Assembly: GCA_039680575.1 (NCBI GenBank)
Contig: JBDKSP010000043.1
Coordinates: 1 to 33,088 of the forward strand
Reading direction: 5' to 3'
Source: Armatimonadota bacterium
Lineage (GTDB): Bacteria > Armatimonadota > UBA5829 > DTLH01
DNA: 33,088 nt
Below are positions 1 through 9,105 of this stretch, piece after piece (positions within the stretch are counted from its first letter, which is position 1; every line of letters starts with the position of its first letter). Position numbers and translations under genes: made by a program. The notes beneath the pieces are model-generated. The model did no database searches. It was not told where the DNA came from and saw only the letters and a list, made by a program, of their open reading frames with translations.

Positions 1-164
1 ACTTCGACAACGGGCTCAGGAGTTCATTACTTTTTGGGGTAGATTTTTAACTATTTTGCCTCTGACTGCATTTCCCACGCTCAGCACTTGGGGCTTTCAC
101 ATTTTTTCGATGCCTGAAATCATACTCGGATTGACTTATCGCAATTGCCTCTCTTACGCAGCGG

Positions 165-193
165 TTGACTCAGTATAGCTGTTATGTTATACT
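165..193 (+). promoter_or_regulatory. sigma70-type promoter of tRNA-Gln
   Basis: TTGACT (165-170), 17-nt spacer, TGn extended element, TATACT (188-193), ending 16 nt before the tRNA. Confidence 0.75.
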
Positions 194-209
194 ATGTCGT
201 CACACGCGC

Positions 210-285
210 TGCGGGGTAGTTTAGTTGGCAGAACGCCTGACTCTGGATCAGGAGGTCCTAGGTTCGAGTCCTAGCCCCGCAGCCA
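210..285 (+). tRNA. tRNA-Gln (anticodon CTG)
   Basis: Cloverleaf: acceptor TGCGGGG/CCCCGCA, D arm GTTT..GAAC, anticodon arm CCTGA-CTCTGGA-TCAGG, T arm CTAGG-TTCGAGT-CCTAG, encoded CCA. Confidence 0.97.
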
Positions 286-427
286 AATTTTGTGTAAGTG
301 CATTTTTCACCCTCTCCAACGCTCCGGAACTATCCACATATAGGTGTTTGCCAACCGTAAGGATCAGATTCCGCCTTATGGTTCATATAATTACAATACG
401 CTTTTTATGTGAGGATGGGTGCATCCC

Positions 428-655
428 GTAAGAGTTCAGAGTTGATGAGTATAATATCATGCTGAACTACCACAACGTAATTCCGAGCTTGACTCGGAAT
501 CCAGGAAAAACTGGACCCTGAACTACGGAGTTTCAGGTAATACCTGAAACTCCGTAGTTCAGGGTGACGTGTTTGCCGTCCAGGGTGACGTCCTTCCATG
601 ATGACGAGTTAGTTGTTCAGGATAATATATAATTCTTACAAGAGTGAACTATTAC
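428..655. repeat. Composite palindromic repeat (CGTC-family REP dimer in a MITE/REPIN-like unit), copy 1
   Basis: Homologous to 7637-7837. Hairpin ATTCCGAG-CTTGA-CTCGGAAT, perfect 25-bp inverted repeat at 515-565, tandem GGGTGACGT units, ends TAAGAGTT...AATTCTTA. Confidence 0.85.
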
Positions 656-720
656 TGCATCCCCACGTCACTCTGAACTCTGTTTGTTTTTGATTGTCTG
701 CTTCTGGTATACTGCGATTG

Positions 721-3090
721 ATGATACCAAGAATACTTGCTCTAATTTTATTCTGCTTGATAGTGACACCTGTGGTTGCGGTTGATTCCGTTGTTTCGTC
801 CGGCGGACCCGTCGCTTGGGTCGATCTGGGTACTATAAACATCGAGCACGGCCTGTCTTTGCTTGATGGGTTGGATGGCCGGAATGAGCCCGCAGAGGCA
901 GGAGGGTGTTCCTGCCGAAAGAACACTATCGATGGTTCATCAGCTTCATATCTATACTTCGACTATAACGCCGCTGCAGGCCGGCTGCGCAGGCCGGTTT
1001 ACATTGCCATTGAATACTTCGATGAGGATTTCGGGTCATTTCAAATACAGTATGACTCTGTGAGTGACAAAGCAGGAGACCAGGGAGCTTACAAAAGCGG
1101 AGCCAGTGAGCTTCTGCTTGATTCAAGGAAGTGGCGAAAAGTCATATTCGAACTTCCTGATGCCAGGTTCGACGGACGGCAAAACATGGGGGCAGACTTC
1201 AGACTTGTCTGCAGCGGACATTTGTTGGTCCGAAGGGTTACGGTCGAGATGGAGCACTCCGATGAATTTGTCTGCGTGCCTCAGCCTATGTCTGAGAGGA
1301 TAAAAGCGAGTAGAGGAAGATTGTCTCCACCCAAAAATGTCCAGATTACCTTCAGTTGCCCGGATGCAACGTATGTAAATGAAGCAGAGAGGGTATTCAG
1401 GGATTTGAGGTTGCTTGCTCCCAGGATGAAAGCACTCGGCGTAACAAGTGTCGAGACTTATGTGAAGTGGAACTTCATCGAACCATCTCCTGACAACTGG
1501 GACTGGAGCTTCTATGATGGTATCGTATCCATTCTACGGGAAAACGGGCTTAGATGGAACCCATTTATCATAATTGGACCGGCCTATGCCACTCCGGCGT
1601 GGTTCAGAGACTCTGGTGAGTCAGTTTTTGCGACATGCCTGGAACATGGGACGGCTAGCAAGATACAATCGATCTGGAACCCTGTTCTTTCCTCGCGTGT
1701 GGACCGGTTTATGTCCAAGTTTGCCGAGCATTATGGACCTACGCATACGATAGAGTCGATAATGGTCGGTATAAGCGGAGACTTCGGAGAGGCGATATAT
1801 CCGGCATTCGGCGGAGGTTGGACGGAGGTTGTACCGGGAAAATACCACACGCATCCAGGCTACTGGTGCGGAGATTCATACGCTCGCGAGGACTTCAGGA
1901 AACACATCGAGAACAAATTCAGCAGCATCGAAGAATTAAACAAGGCCTGGGGAGCAGATTATACCGAATTTACGCAGGTAGAGCCGTTTGTGCCGGACAA
2001 CAGCCGGTCAGCGCGCGTCAAGCTGGACATGATTCAGTGGTATCGGGACAGTATGACCAACTGGTCGAGTTCCTGGCTTGCAACGGTCAGAAAATACTTC
2101 CCCTGCACCGATCTGTACCTCTGCACTGGAGGAGACGGACAACCCATGCACGGGTCGGATTTTTCCGCCCAATGTAAATCCGCTGCCAAGTATGACGCAG
2201 GGGTGCGCATAACGAATGAAGCATCGGATTACGCTTTCAATTTTACGCTTACCAGGCTTATAGCTTCGGCATCGAAGAATTATGGCTCATACTGTGCATT
2301 CGAGCCTGCCGGAGACGTAACCCCGAATGGCATTACATCGCGAATATACAACGCCGTGACATCCAGCGCGCGTGGGATTCATACTTATTATCCTACTATT
2401 CTCACCCAAGCTGGCGGAATAGCTTCATGGAGCAATTCCTACAAGTGGCTGGGAACACGGGTAACAAAATACCCGCCGATTGCCGTCCTGTTCCCCCAGA
2501 CGGCGTTTACGCTTAAGGGCGGTGGGATTAATGAAAAGATCAAGCCATTAAGGGACGCTGTAGATTTTGATTTGATCGACGAATCTATGATTAGGGATGG
2601 AGCGCTGAAACATTACAAAGTGCTCGTAATCCTGGACGGCAAAGTGCTGGAGCGTGAGGACATCGACAAGATTATGGAGTGGGTCAGAGGAGGCGGAATA
2701 GCCGTCACCTGTAATTACGGCGGGTTTTCCACTGTTGAAGGCGACGAATCACAGTTCCATGAGATGTTCGATACTACAAGTACCAAGCTGCATAGTGTCA
2801 AAGTAATCGGCAGCGGTCTCACTGTTTATGTATCAAGCAGTTGGGAAGAAGGCCAGAAGCCTGTTGTCGAAGAGATAACCAGAGCACTCGATAACCTCAG
2901 CACCAGAGTCCGCGCGAACCTGGTGCCGGACGGGCATGTCGATGGTGTATATGTAACCGGCATCGACAGCGGTTGGCTTATATATAATGCCAACGGTCAT
3001 GATGTAGAAAAAGAGCTTCAAACCAGCGTCGGCCACTACCGCAGTGTCAAACTTTCGGCCGGTTCTATAGAAGAATTCTCTGAAAGGTAG
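721..3090 (+). CDS. Secreted glycoside hydrolase (GH14/GH42-like TIM barrel, N-terminal accessory domain, C-terminal trimerisation-like domain)
   Basis: Signal peptide MIPRILALILFCLIVTPVVA; MKALGVTSVETYVKWNFIEP..WDWSFYD; GISGDFGEAIYP resembles the GH14 catalytic segment; KFSSIEELNKAWG is GH42-like. ATG 721 preferred over TTG 694. Confidence 0.75.
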   Translation: MIPRILALILFCLIVTPVVAVDSVVSSGGPVAWVDLGTINIEHGLSLLDGLDGRNEPAEAGGCSCRKNTIDGSSASYLYFDYNAAAGRLRRPVYIAIEYFDEDFGSFQIQYDSVSDKAGDQGAYKSGASELLLDSRKWRKVIFELPDARFDGRQNMGADFRLVCSGHLLVRRVTVEMEHSDEFVCVPQPMSERIKASRGRLSPPKNVQITFSCPDATYVNEAERVFRDLRLLAPRMKALGVTSVETYVKWNFIEPSPDNWDWSFYDGIVSILRENGLRWNPFIIIGPAYATPAWFRDSGESVFATCLEHGTASKIQSIWNPVLSSRVDRFMSKFAEHYGPTHTIESIMVGISGDFGEAIYPAFGGGWTEVVPGKYHTHPGYWCGDSYAREDFRKHIENKFSSIEELNKAWGADYTEFTQVEPFVPDNSRSARVKLDMIQWYRDSMTNWSSSWLATVRKYFPCTDLYLCTGGDGQPMHGSDFSAQCKSAAKYDAGVRITNEASDYAFNFTLTRLIASASKNYGSYCAFEPAGDVTPNGITSRIYNAVTSSARGIHTYYPTILTQAGGIASWSNSYKWLGTRVTKYPPIAVLFPQTAFTLKGGGINEKIKPLRDAVDFDLIDESMIRDGALKHYKVLVILDGKVLEREDIDKIMEWVRGGGIAVTCNYGGFSTVEGDESQFHEMFDTTSTKLHSVKVIGSGLTVYVSSSWEEGQKPVVEEITRALDNLSTRVRANLVPDGHVDGVYVTGIDSGWLIYNANGHDVEKELQTSVGHYRSVKLSAGSIEEFSER

Positions 3091-3103
3091 AACGCTTGAG
3101 CTA

Positions 3104-3133
3104 TTGACACTCTGCCTGCCTGATTTCTATAAT
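3104..3133 (+). promoter_or_regulatory. Consensus sigma70 promoter upstream of comM
   Basis: TTGACA (3104-3109), 18 nt, TATAAT (3128-3133); GGAGG RBS before ATG 3175. Confidence 0.8.
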
Positions 3134-3174
3134 GAGAATGTAGTAAATCATTTTCCTCTACGGAGGCTCTTTTT

Positions 3175-4710
3175 ATGCTCTCTCAAGTCAACTCCAGTGC
3201 TGTTCTAGGCATCGATGCGTATATCGTTGAAGTGGAGGTTGACATATCAGGAGGCATACCCCGCTTTGATATAGTAGGCTTACCGGATGCGGCGGTTCAG
3301 GAGTCCAGAGAACGTGTCCGCTCGGCCATCAAGAACTCAGGGCTTGAGTTTCCGATGAAGCGGATCACCATCAACCTCGCCCCTGCGGATGTCCGCAAGG
3401 AAGGTCCATCATTCGACCTCCCGATAGCGCTCGGAATACTTGCCGCAACATCACAGGTAGATCCTGAGACGCTTAAGGATACGATAGTCGTTGGGGAGCT
3501 TTCACTTGACGGCGGAGTACGCCCGGTAAGCGGTGTGCTTCCGATTGCTCTTAAGTCAAGGGAACTGAAGATCAAACGGATGATAGTTCCCGCGCATAAT
3601 GTAAAAGAAGCAGCCATAGTCGGTGAGGTCGAAGTTTACCCCGTTACGACGCTTACCGAAGTTGTGCAGTTTTTCAACGATAGTCAGACTATGCTGCCCG
3701 CCATCATCGACTCAGCCGATTTCGCAGCTCTTGAAGACCCAAGCTATGATGTAGATTTCTCCGATGTAAAAGGACAGACACATGTAAAGCGCGCGCTGGA
3801 AGTCGCTGCAGCAGGTGGGCATAATATAGTGATGATTGGTCCTCCAGGAAGCGGAAAAACGATGCTTGCGAAGCGTATTCCGACTATTCTTCCACCGCTT
3901 TCGCTGAATGAAGCGCTTGATACAACGAAACTGTACAGTGTTTGCGGGCTTCTCGGCTCGAATGAAGCACTCGTCACAAAGCGCGCATTTCGAGCGCCGC
4001 ATCATACGATTTCAAACGCCGGTCTGACCGGCGGGGGCACATATCCGCGGCCCGGCGAAGTAAGCCTTGCCCACCATGGAGTCCTGTTCCTGGATGAACT
4101 GCCGGAGTTTAGAAGAGATGTGCTCGAAGTGTTGAGACAGCCAATAGAAGACGGGCAGGTCACGATTGCCAGAGCGCAAGCATCACTCACGTACCCTGCA
4201 CGTTTTATGATGGTTGCAGCTATGAACCCATGCCCATGCGGGTTCTTCGGCGACCATGTGAAACCCTGTACATGCACACCGCATGTTATCCAGCGATACC
4301 TGCAGCGGATATCCGGGCCGCTCCTCGACCGGATCGACATCCACATAGAAGTCCCAAGGCTGCGGCATGATGAACTGATAGGGCATGGGACTGGAGAGAC
4401 GTCAGCCAGTATCCGAGCAAGGGTAAGCAAGGCAAGAGAACAGCAGTTGAGCCGGTTCAACGATACAGGGATTTACTGTAATGCGCATATGACTTCCCGG
4501 CAGATCAAGCAGTTTTGCCAGGTGTCGGATGATGTAAAGAACTTGCTGAGAGCAGCGATAGCTCAGTTGAACCTTTCAGCGAGGGCTTACGACCGGATAT
4601 TGAAACTTGCGCGGACTATCGCCGATCTTTCCGGCGAGGATGACATCCAGACTGCTCATATAGCGGAAGCCATACAGTACAGAAGCTTGGACCGGAAGTT
4701 CTGGGGATAG
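3175..4710 (+). CDS. comM: YifB/ComM Mg-chelatase-like AAA+ ATPase (competence helicase)
   Basis: [38 protein letters not shown], Walker [53 protein letters not shown]. Confidence 0.96.
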   Translation: MLSQVNSSAVLGIDAYIVEVEVDISGGIPRFDIVGLPDAAVQESRERVRSAIKNSGLEFPMKRITINLAPADVRKEGPSFDLPIALGILAATSQVDPETLKDTIVVGELSLDGGVRPVSGVLPIALKSRELKIKRMIVPAHNVKEAAIVGEVEVYPVTTLTEVVQFFNDSQTMLPAIIDSADFAALEDPSYDVDFSDVKGQTHVKRALEVAAAGGHNIVMIGPPGSGKTMLAKRIPTILPPLSLNEALDTTKLYSVCGLLGSNEALVTKRAFRAPHHTISNAGLTGGGTYPRPGEVSLAHHGVLFLDELPEFRRDVLEVLRQPIEDGQVTIARAQASLTYPARFMMVAAMNPCPCGFFGDHVKPCTCTPHVIQRYLQRISGPLLDRIDIHIEVPRLRHDELIGHGTGETSASIRARVSKAREQQLSRFNDTGIYCNAHMTSRQIKQFCQVSDDVKNLLRAAIAQLNLSARAYDRILKLARTIADLSGEDDIQTAHIAEAIQYRSLDRKFWG

Positions 4711-4778
4711 ACGGATAAAACTGTATAGCAGGCTAAATCACCCCCCACAATTCTTAAGAAAAAGCGCCAAAGTCCAGT

Positions 4779-4799
4779 GAGTTTCAGTCATTGAAACTC
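4779..4799. repeat. Short palindrome GAGTTTCA-GTCAT-TGAAACTC
   Basis: 8-bp perfect arms 20 nt upstream of the sirtuin ATG; related to 528-552 and 7573-7599. Confidence 0.5.
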
Positions 4800-4819
4800 T
4801 CTATAGTGGGAGATTTAAT

Positions 4820-5581
4820 ATGAAACACGTAGAACCGGATAACGATGAGCTTATCAGCATACTTCAGAGTGCAAATAGGGTCTTTGTCTTCACAGGAGCA
4901 GGTATAAGCAAAGAATCAGGGCTGCCTACATTCCGTGACGACGATGGACTGTGGAAGAAGTATGATCCAATGACGCTTGCGACACCTGAGGCATTTACAA
5001 AAGACCCTGTGCGAGTTTGGAATATGTACTTGATGAGGCATCACCAGATCTGTGAAGCACAACCAAACCCCGCGCATATAACACTTGCGCGGATGGAAAA
5101 TTACTATCCGGATTATCTGCTCTCTACACAGAATGTGGACGATCTTCACGAGAGAGCCGGAAGCAAAAGAATGGTAAAACTGCATGGGGATGCAATGCAG
5201 ATGCGGTGCCTGGACTGCGGCAGGGTGTTCGATCTTCGCAATAGAAGCTTTCCGGGTGAATTCACGCTGGAGACGCTGCCGAAATGCGCAGGATGCAGCG
5301 GGATTTGCAGGCCGAATATCGTCTGGTTCGGCGAGCTTGTCCCGCAGGAACCGATGATGCAGTCTATCGAGAGCGCAGCGAACAGCGAACTAATGTTGAT
5401 TGTTGGCACATCAGGCGAGGTATCCGGCGGGTACGGCTTTGCACAGTACGCCAAGGCGAACGGAGCAATAATCGTAGACGTAAACCCGTCCCAAAGCAAT
5501 TTCACACACTACGCTTCGTTCTGGATATCAGAACCGGCGGGAAAAGCACTGCCGGAATTATTCGAAAAAGTTGTTCTATAA
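4820..5581 (+). CDS. cobB: NAD-dependent protein deacylase, Sir2/CobB family
   Basis: GAGISKESGLPTFR, TQNVDDLHERAGS, LHG, CxxC..CxxC zinc site, RPNIVWFGE, VGTSG; YxxR (YLMR) typical of class III desuccinylases. Confidence 0.93.
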   Translation: MKHVEPDNDELISILQSANRVFVFTGAGISKESGLPTFRDDDGLWKKYDPMTLATPEAFTKDPVRVWNMYLMRHHQICEAQPNPAHITLARMENYYPDYLLSTQNVDDLHERAGSKRMVKLHGDAMQMRCLDCGRVFDLRNRSFPGEFTLETLPKCAGCSGICRPNIVWFGELVPQEPMMQSIESAANSELMLIVGTSGEVSGGYGFAQYAKANGAIIVDVNPSQSNFTHYASFWISEPAGKALPELFEKVVL

Positions 5582-5588
5582 CAAAAGA

Positions 5589-7478
5589 TTATTCAGCGTA
5601 GGCAGGCGGTTTTGTCTGAAGCATCTCTCGCGCGGTGTTTACGATACCTTCTGCGTTCAAACCTAATATTCGCTTGAGCGATCTCACCGATCCGTGCTCA
5701 ATGAATTTGTCACCCATCCCCAGCAGCTTTACAGAGGCCACAATGCCTTTTGATGCAAGTAGTTCAAGAATGGCAGAGCCAAACCCACCAAGCGTTGTGT
5801 TGTCCTCGACTATGACCAGCCTCTTGCAGCGTTCTGCTGCGTCAAGAATGGCCTTTTCGTCCAGAGGTTTGACGAACCGGGCATTAATGACCTCGACATT
5901 ATAGCCATCCTTTTCCAGTGTTTCAGCGGCCTCGATTGCCTGATACACGGTAGTCCCGACTGCGATTATGCACAGGTCATCTCCGGACCGCATCTCTTCG
6001 GACTGGCCTATGGCCATCATAGACGGTGTCTTTCGAAGATATTCGCTTGGACCTCCGCCACGCGGATAGCGGATGGCGATGGGGCCGTCATGAGTGAGAG
6101 CGGTGGCGAGCACATCTCTCAGTTCGTTTGTATCGCGGGGAGCTGCAACGATCAAGCCCGGAATGTGCCGCAGATACGAAAGATCGAAAACTCCGTGATG
6201 TGTCGGTCCGTCTTCACCTACAAGACCCGCTCTGTCGATTGCGAATACCACGGGAAGGTGCTGTAGACAGACGTCATGTATAATCTGATCATATGCTCTC
6301 TGCAGGAATGTAGAATAGATGGCTACTACCGGCCTCATACCTCCTGCTGCAAGCCCGGCTGCAAAGGTCACGGCGTGCTCTTCTGCTATGCCCACATCAT
6401 AAAACCGGCCTGGAAACTTTTCAGAGAATGCTGCGAGCCCGGTGCCGTCAGGCATCGCTGCGGTAATAGCAACAATTCTGGGGTCTTCTTCCGCAAGTTC
6501 GATGAGCGTCTCCTGAAACGCCTGTTTGAAAGTCACATGCCCGTTTCCTTTTTCTATCTTGCCGTCGGATATGGTAAACGGTGGAATCCCGTGGAACCGC
6601 CTGGAGTTTGCTTCTGCAAAATCATAACCTTTGCCCTTTACAGTCAGCACATGAACCAATACCGGCCCGTGCATCTTCCTTGCATTTTCCAGCACTTCCT
6701 TTAGAAGAGTGATATTATGTCCGTCTATTGGTCCCAGGTATTGGAAGCCGAACTCCTCGAACATAACACCTGTTTTTGATCCGAAAAGGTGGGTGACACC
6801 GTGACTGAGTCCCTCGGCGGTACGCGTAAGATGCTTGCCCAGGGGATACTTTTCAAGGGTGCTTTTTGCTCTGCTCTCCAGGTTACGGTAAAGCGGAGCC
6901 ATCCTCAATTTTGCAAGATGGTATGAAAGAGCCGTTACGTTTTCCGCAATTGACATCTCATTGTCATTAAGAACAACTATCACATCCGTATTGAGGTCCT
7001 GCGCATTGTTCAGCCCCTCGAAGGCCAACCCCCCGGTCATTGCACCGTCACCTATTACGGCGATGACGGACTCGCTTCCGCCTCTTAAGTCGCGAGCTTT
7101 TGCCAGCCCGAGTGCCGCGGATATGGATGTACTGGCATGTCCCGATCCGAACGCATCATATTCCGACTCATCACGCCGCATAAACCCGCTGAGGCCGTCC
7201 TTCTGTCGGAGTGTCGAAAATTTATCAACCCTGCCGGTCAAGAGTTTATGTGGATAGGATTGATGGCTTACATCCCAGAGTATTTTGTCCTGTGGAGAGT
7301 TAAAAACGGTATGGAGCGCAATAGCAAGCTCAACAACACCGAGATTCGAAGCAAGGTGTCCACCATTGCGAGAGACAGTGGTGATGATTTTTTGCCTCAT
7401 TTCCTCTGATAGGACTGCCAACTCGCTCTGGCTTAGGCCTTTAAGGTCGGAAGGTGTCTTTATGCGGTCTAGCAACAT
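5589..7478 (-). CDS. dxs: 1-deoxy-D-xylulose-5-phosphate synthase
   Basis: GGHLASNLGVVEL, GHASTSIS, GDGAMTGG..LNDNEMSI, YLGPIDGH, GIAEEHAV, DRAGLVGEDGPTHHG. Start set at MLLDRI (ATG 7478) by homology, not 7823. Confidence 0.96.
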   Translation of the reverse strand: MLLDRIKTPSDLKGLSQSELAVLSEEMRQKIITTVSRNGGHLASNLGVVELAIALHTVFNSPQDKILWDVSHQSYPHKLLTGRVDKFSTLRQKDGLSGFMRRDESEYDAFGSGHASTSISAALGLAKARDLRGGSESVIAVIGDGAMTGGLAFEGLNNAQDLNTDVIVVLNDNEMSIAENVTALSYHLAKLRMAPLYRNLESRAKSTLEKYPLGKHLTRTAEGLSHGVTHLFGSKTGVMFEEFGFQYLGPIDGHNITLLKEVLENARKMHGPVLVHVLTVKGKGYDFAEANSRRFHGIPPFTISDGKIEKGNGHVTFKQAFQETLIELAEEDPRIVAITAAMPDGTGLAAFSEKFPGRFYDVGIAEEHAVTFAAGLAAGGMRPVVAIYSTFLQRAYDQIIHDVCLQHLPVVFAIDRAGLVGEDGPTHHGVFDLSYLRHIPGLIVAAPRDTNELRDVLATALTHDGPIAIRYPRGGGPSEYLRKTPSMMAIGQSEEMRSGDDLCIIAVGTTVYQAIEAAETLEKDGYNVEVINARFVKPLDEKAILDAAERCKRLVIVEDNTTLGGFGSAILELLASKGIVASVKLLGMGDKFIEHGSVRSLKRILGLNAEGIVNTAREMLQTKPPAYAE

Positions 7479-7572
7479 GCAAAATATCGACTCTCTATAT
7501 ATTCTACCTATAGATTTTCGCCTGTTTTGATAATAACCAATCGTATACTGATTATTACCGAAAATCCTCCGG

Positions 7573-7599
7573 AGAGTTTCAGTTGATACCTGAAACTCT
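7573..7599. repeat. Short palindrome AGAGTTTCAG-TTGATAC-CTGAAACTCT
   Basis: 10-bp perfect arms in the dxs upstream region. Confidence 0.55.
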
Positions 7600-7636
7600 T
7601 TAATTGTAACCTCTGGCTTCGAACCGGTCAAGCGAG

Positions 7637-7837
7637 GTAAGAGTTCAGAGTTGATAAGTGCAACTTCATTCCGGGCTAACACAACGTCATTCCGAGCTTG
7701 ACTCGGAATCCAGGAAGAAAATGGACCCTGAATCAAGTTCAGGGTGACGTCGCTCTGTTTGGGGTGACGTCTTTCGTCAGGGTGACGTGCTGGTTGTTCA
7801 GAATGATATATAATTCTTATCAAGAGTGAGCTGTTAC
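7637..7837. repeat. Composite palindromic repeat (CGTC-family REP dimer in a MITE/REPIN-like unit), copy 2
   Basis: CGTCATTCCGAGCTTGACTCGGAATCCA and TGGACCCTGAATCAAGTTCAGGGTGACG in inverted arrangement, three GGGTGACGT units, same ends as 428-655. Confidence 0.85.
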
Positions 7838-8026
7838 CAAGCGAGCTCGTTGCCTCACGGATGAAAATCCTTCCACTCCCGTCATTCTGAACTCTCTCGG
7901 AAGAAAAGCATGCGGGTGTTTGATAAACATTGCGCTTTTATCGCTCCATGTTGGTTTTTGATGTTTGTATATGTGCGTATGGACGGTAAGATAGCCCGGA
8001 ATTCGATGTCGGCAGGGAAGGAGCTG

Positions 8027-8980
8027 ATGATGAGAAGATTAGCGATGGCGGCACTTATTGGAATAGCCGTTATTTCATCGTCGTATGCAGCAACAAGCCA
8101 TGCCCGAATGCTTAGAATGCTTGCTGAGATGGACACTGTAAAGCTTTTTAGCGGAAGGGGATTCATATCAACGGTCTCAATTGGTCGATCATCACTCGGG
8201 CAGCATATACCTCTGGTAATTATCCGCGACCCAGTAGTCCCTGTTGAGTCTACAGCCAGGATGTTTGTGATATGCCGACAGCACGGCAATGAACCTGCAT
8301 CTACAGAAGCCATGCTTGGCATAATACGTTCCTATTTTTCCCAATCGAAGGACTGCGATACCGATCTGTTGAAAAAGGTCACGATATTGATTGTGCCAAT
8401 GATGAACCCGGATGGGAGCCTTCGTAATAAGCGCCGGAATGCAAACGGAGCGGACCTGAACAGGGATTGGTTGTCGCAATCGCAGCCTGAAACGCGGGCT
8501 GTAGCCGGTGCCATACGGAAATGGCAGCCGGATCTGATCATAGATGCGCATGAATTGGATGATAATGATTATCAGAGAGACTTCATCGAATGCATTGGAA
8601 CCCGTTCCGGTGCTAACCCAGCATTGATTTCGAAATCCGTCGAGATTCAAAATCTTATCAGGGCTAAACTGCGCACCCACGGGATCAAGGCAGCTGCGAA
8701 ATCAGCAAGTTACAGAAGCTCTCCACGGCTGGCACATCGCTATTACTCGCTCCGGCGGGGTATTATCGCTCTTCTGGTCGAAACCAGGCAATCGGGGAGC
8801 CGCGCGTATAACTGTAAAGAACGCGCGAGGATACATATGATAACCGCGATGACAGCAGCGCGTTATCTTGCGGGAAACAAAGACGAGATAAAGCAGGAAA
8901 TTGCGCAGTGGTGGAATGGCCGGTCAAAACCAGGTTTTGCATATCGCGGCGAATATAATCGGGCGAAGGAGAACAGATGA
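8027..8980 (+). CDS. Secreted M14-family zinc carboxypeptidase
   Basis: QHGNEP (HxxE), PMMNPDG, RRNANGADLNRDW, IDAHE, LVET; signal peptide after ATG 8027 with AAGGAG RBS. Confidence 0.88.
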   Translation: MMRRLAMAALIGIAVISSSYAATSHARMLRMLAEMDTVKLFSGRGFISTVSIGRSSLGQHIPLVIIRDPVVPVESTARMFVICRQHGNEPASTEAMLGIIRSYFSQSKDCDTDLLKKVTILIVPMMNPDGSLRNKRRNANGADLNRDWLSQSQPETRAVAGAIRKWQPDLIIDAHELDDNDYQRDFIECIGTRSGANPALISKSVEIQNLIRAKLRTHGIKAAAKSASYRSSPRLAHRYYSLRRGIIALLVETRQSGSRAYNCKERARIHMITAMTAARYLAGNKDEIKQEIAQWWNGRSKPGFAYRGEYNRAKENR

Positions 8981-9105
8981 CAGGAACAGGGAATAGAAGG
9001 AATGGTGGATAATCGTGCTTCGGGATGAAAAGAGATCCAGAAGCATATGACCCTCATCTACACCCGATATTCTTTAGGCAGTCGTGATCGTTTCATCATC
9101 TCGAT

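Noticed and set aside
1..160. Gene start at the left edge
   Set aside because: Minus-strand ATGs meet stops quickly, leaving nothing supportable
210..430. tRNA as the attachment site of an integrated element
   Set aside because: No adjacent integrase, and no duplicate of the tRNA 3' end seen in the window
225..431. 68-aa ORF MAERLTLDQEV..
   Set aside because: It is a translation of the tRNA-Gln sequence, a common false call
405..599. 64-aa minus-strand ORF
   Set aside because: Lies within the palindromic repeat, has no RBS, and the peptide derives from the REP
561..610. Tandem GGGTGACGT units here and at 7741-7788 as a mini-CRISPR
   Set aside because: Units are about 9 nt with about 10-nt gaps, are degenerate, and no cas genes are present
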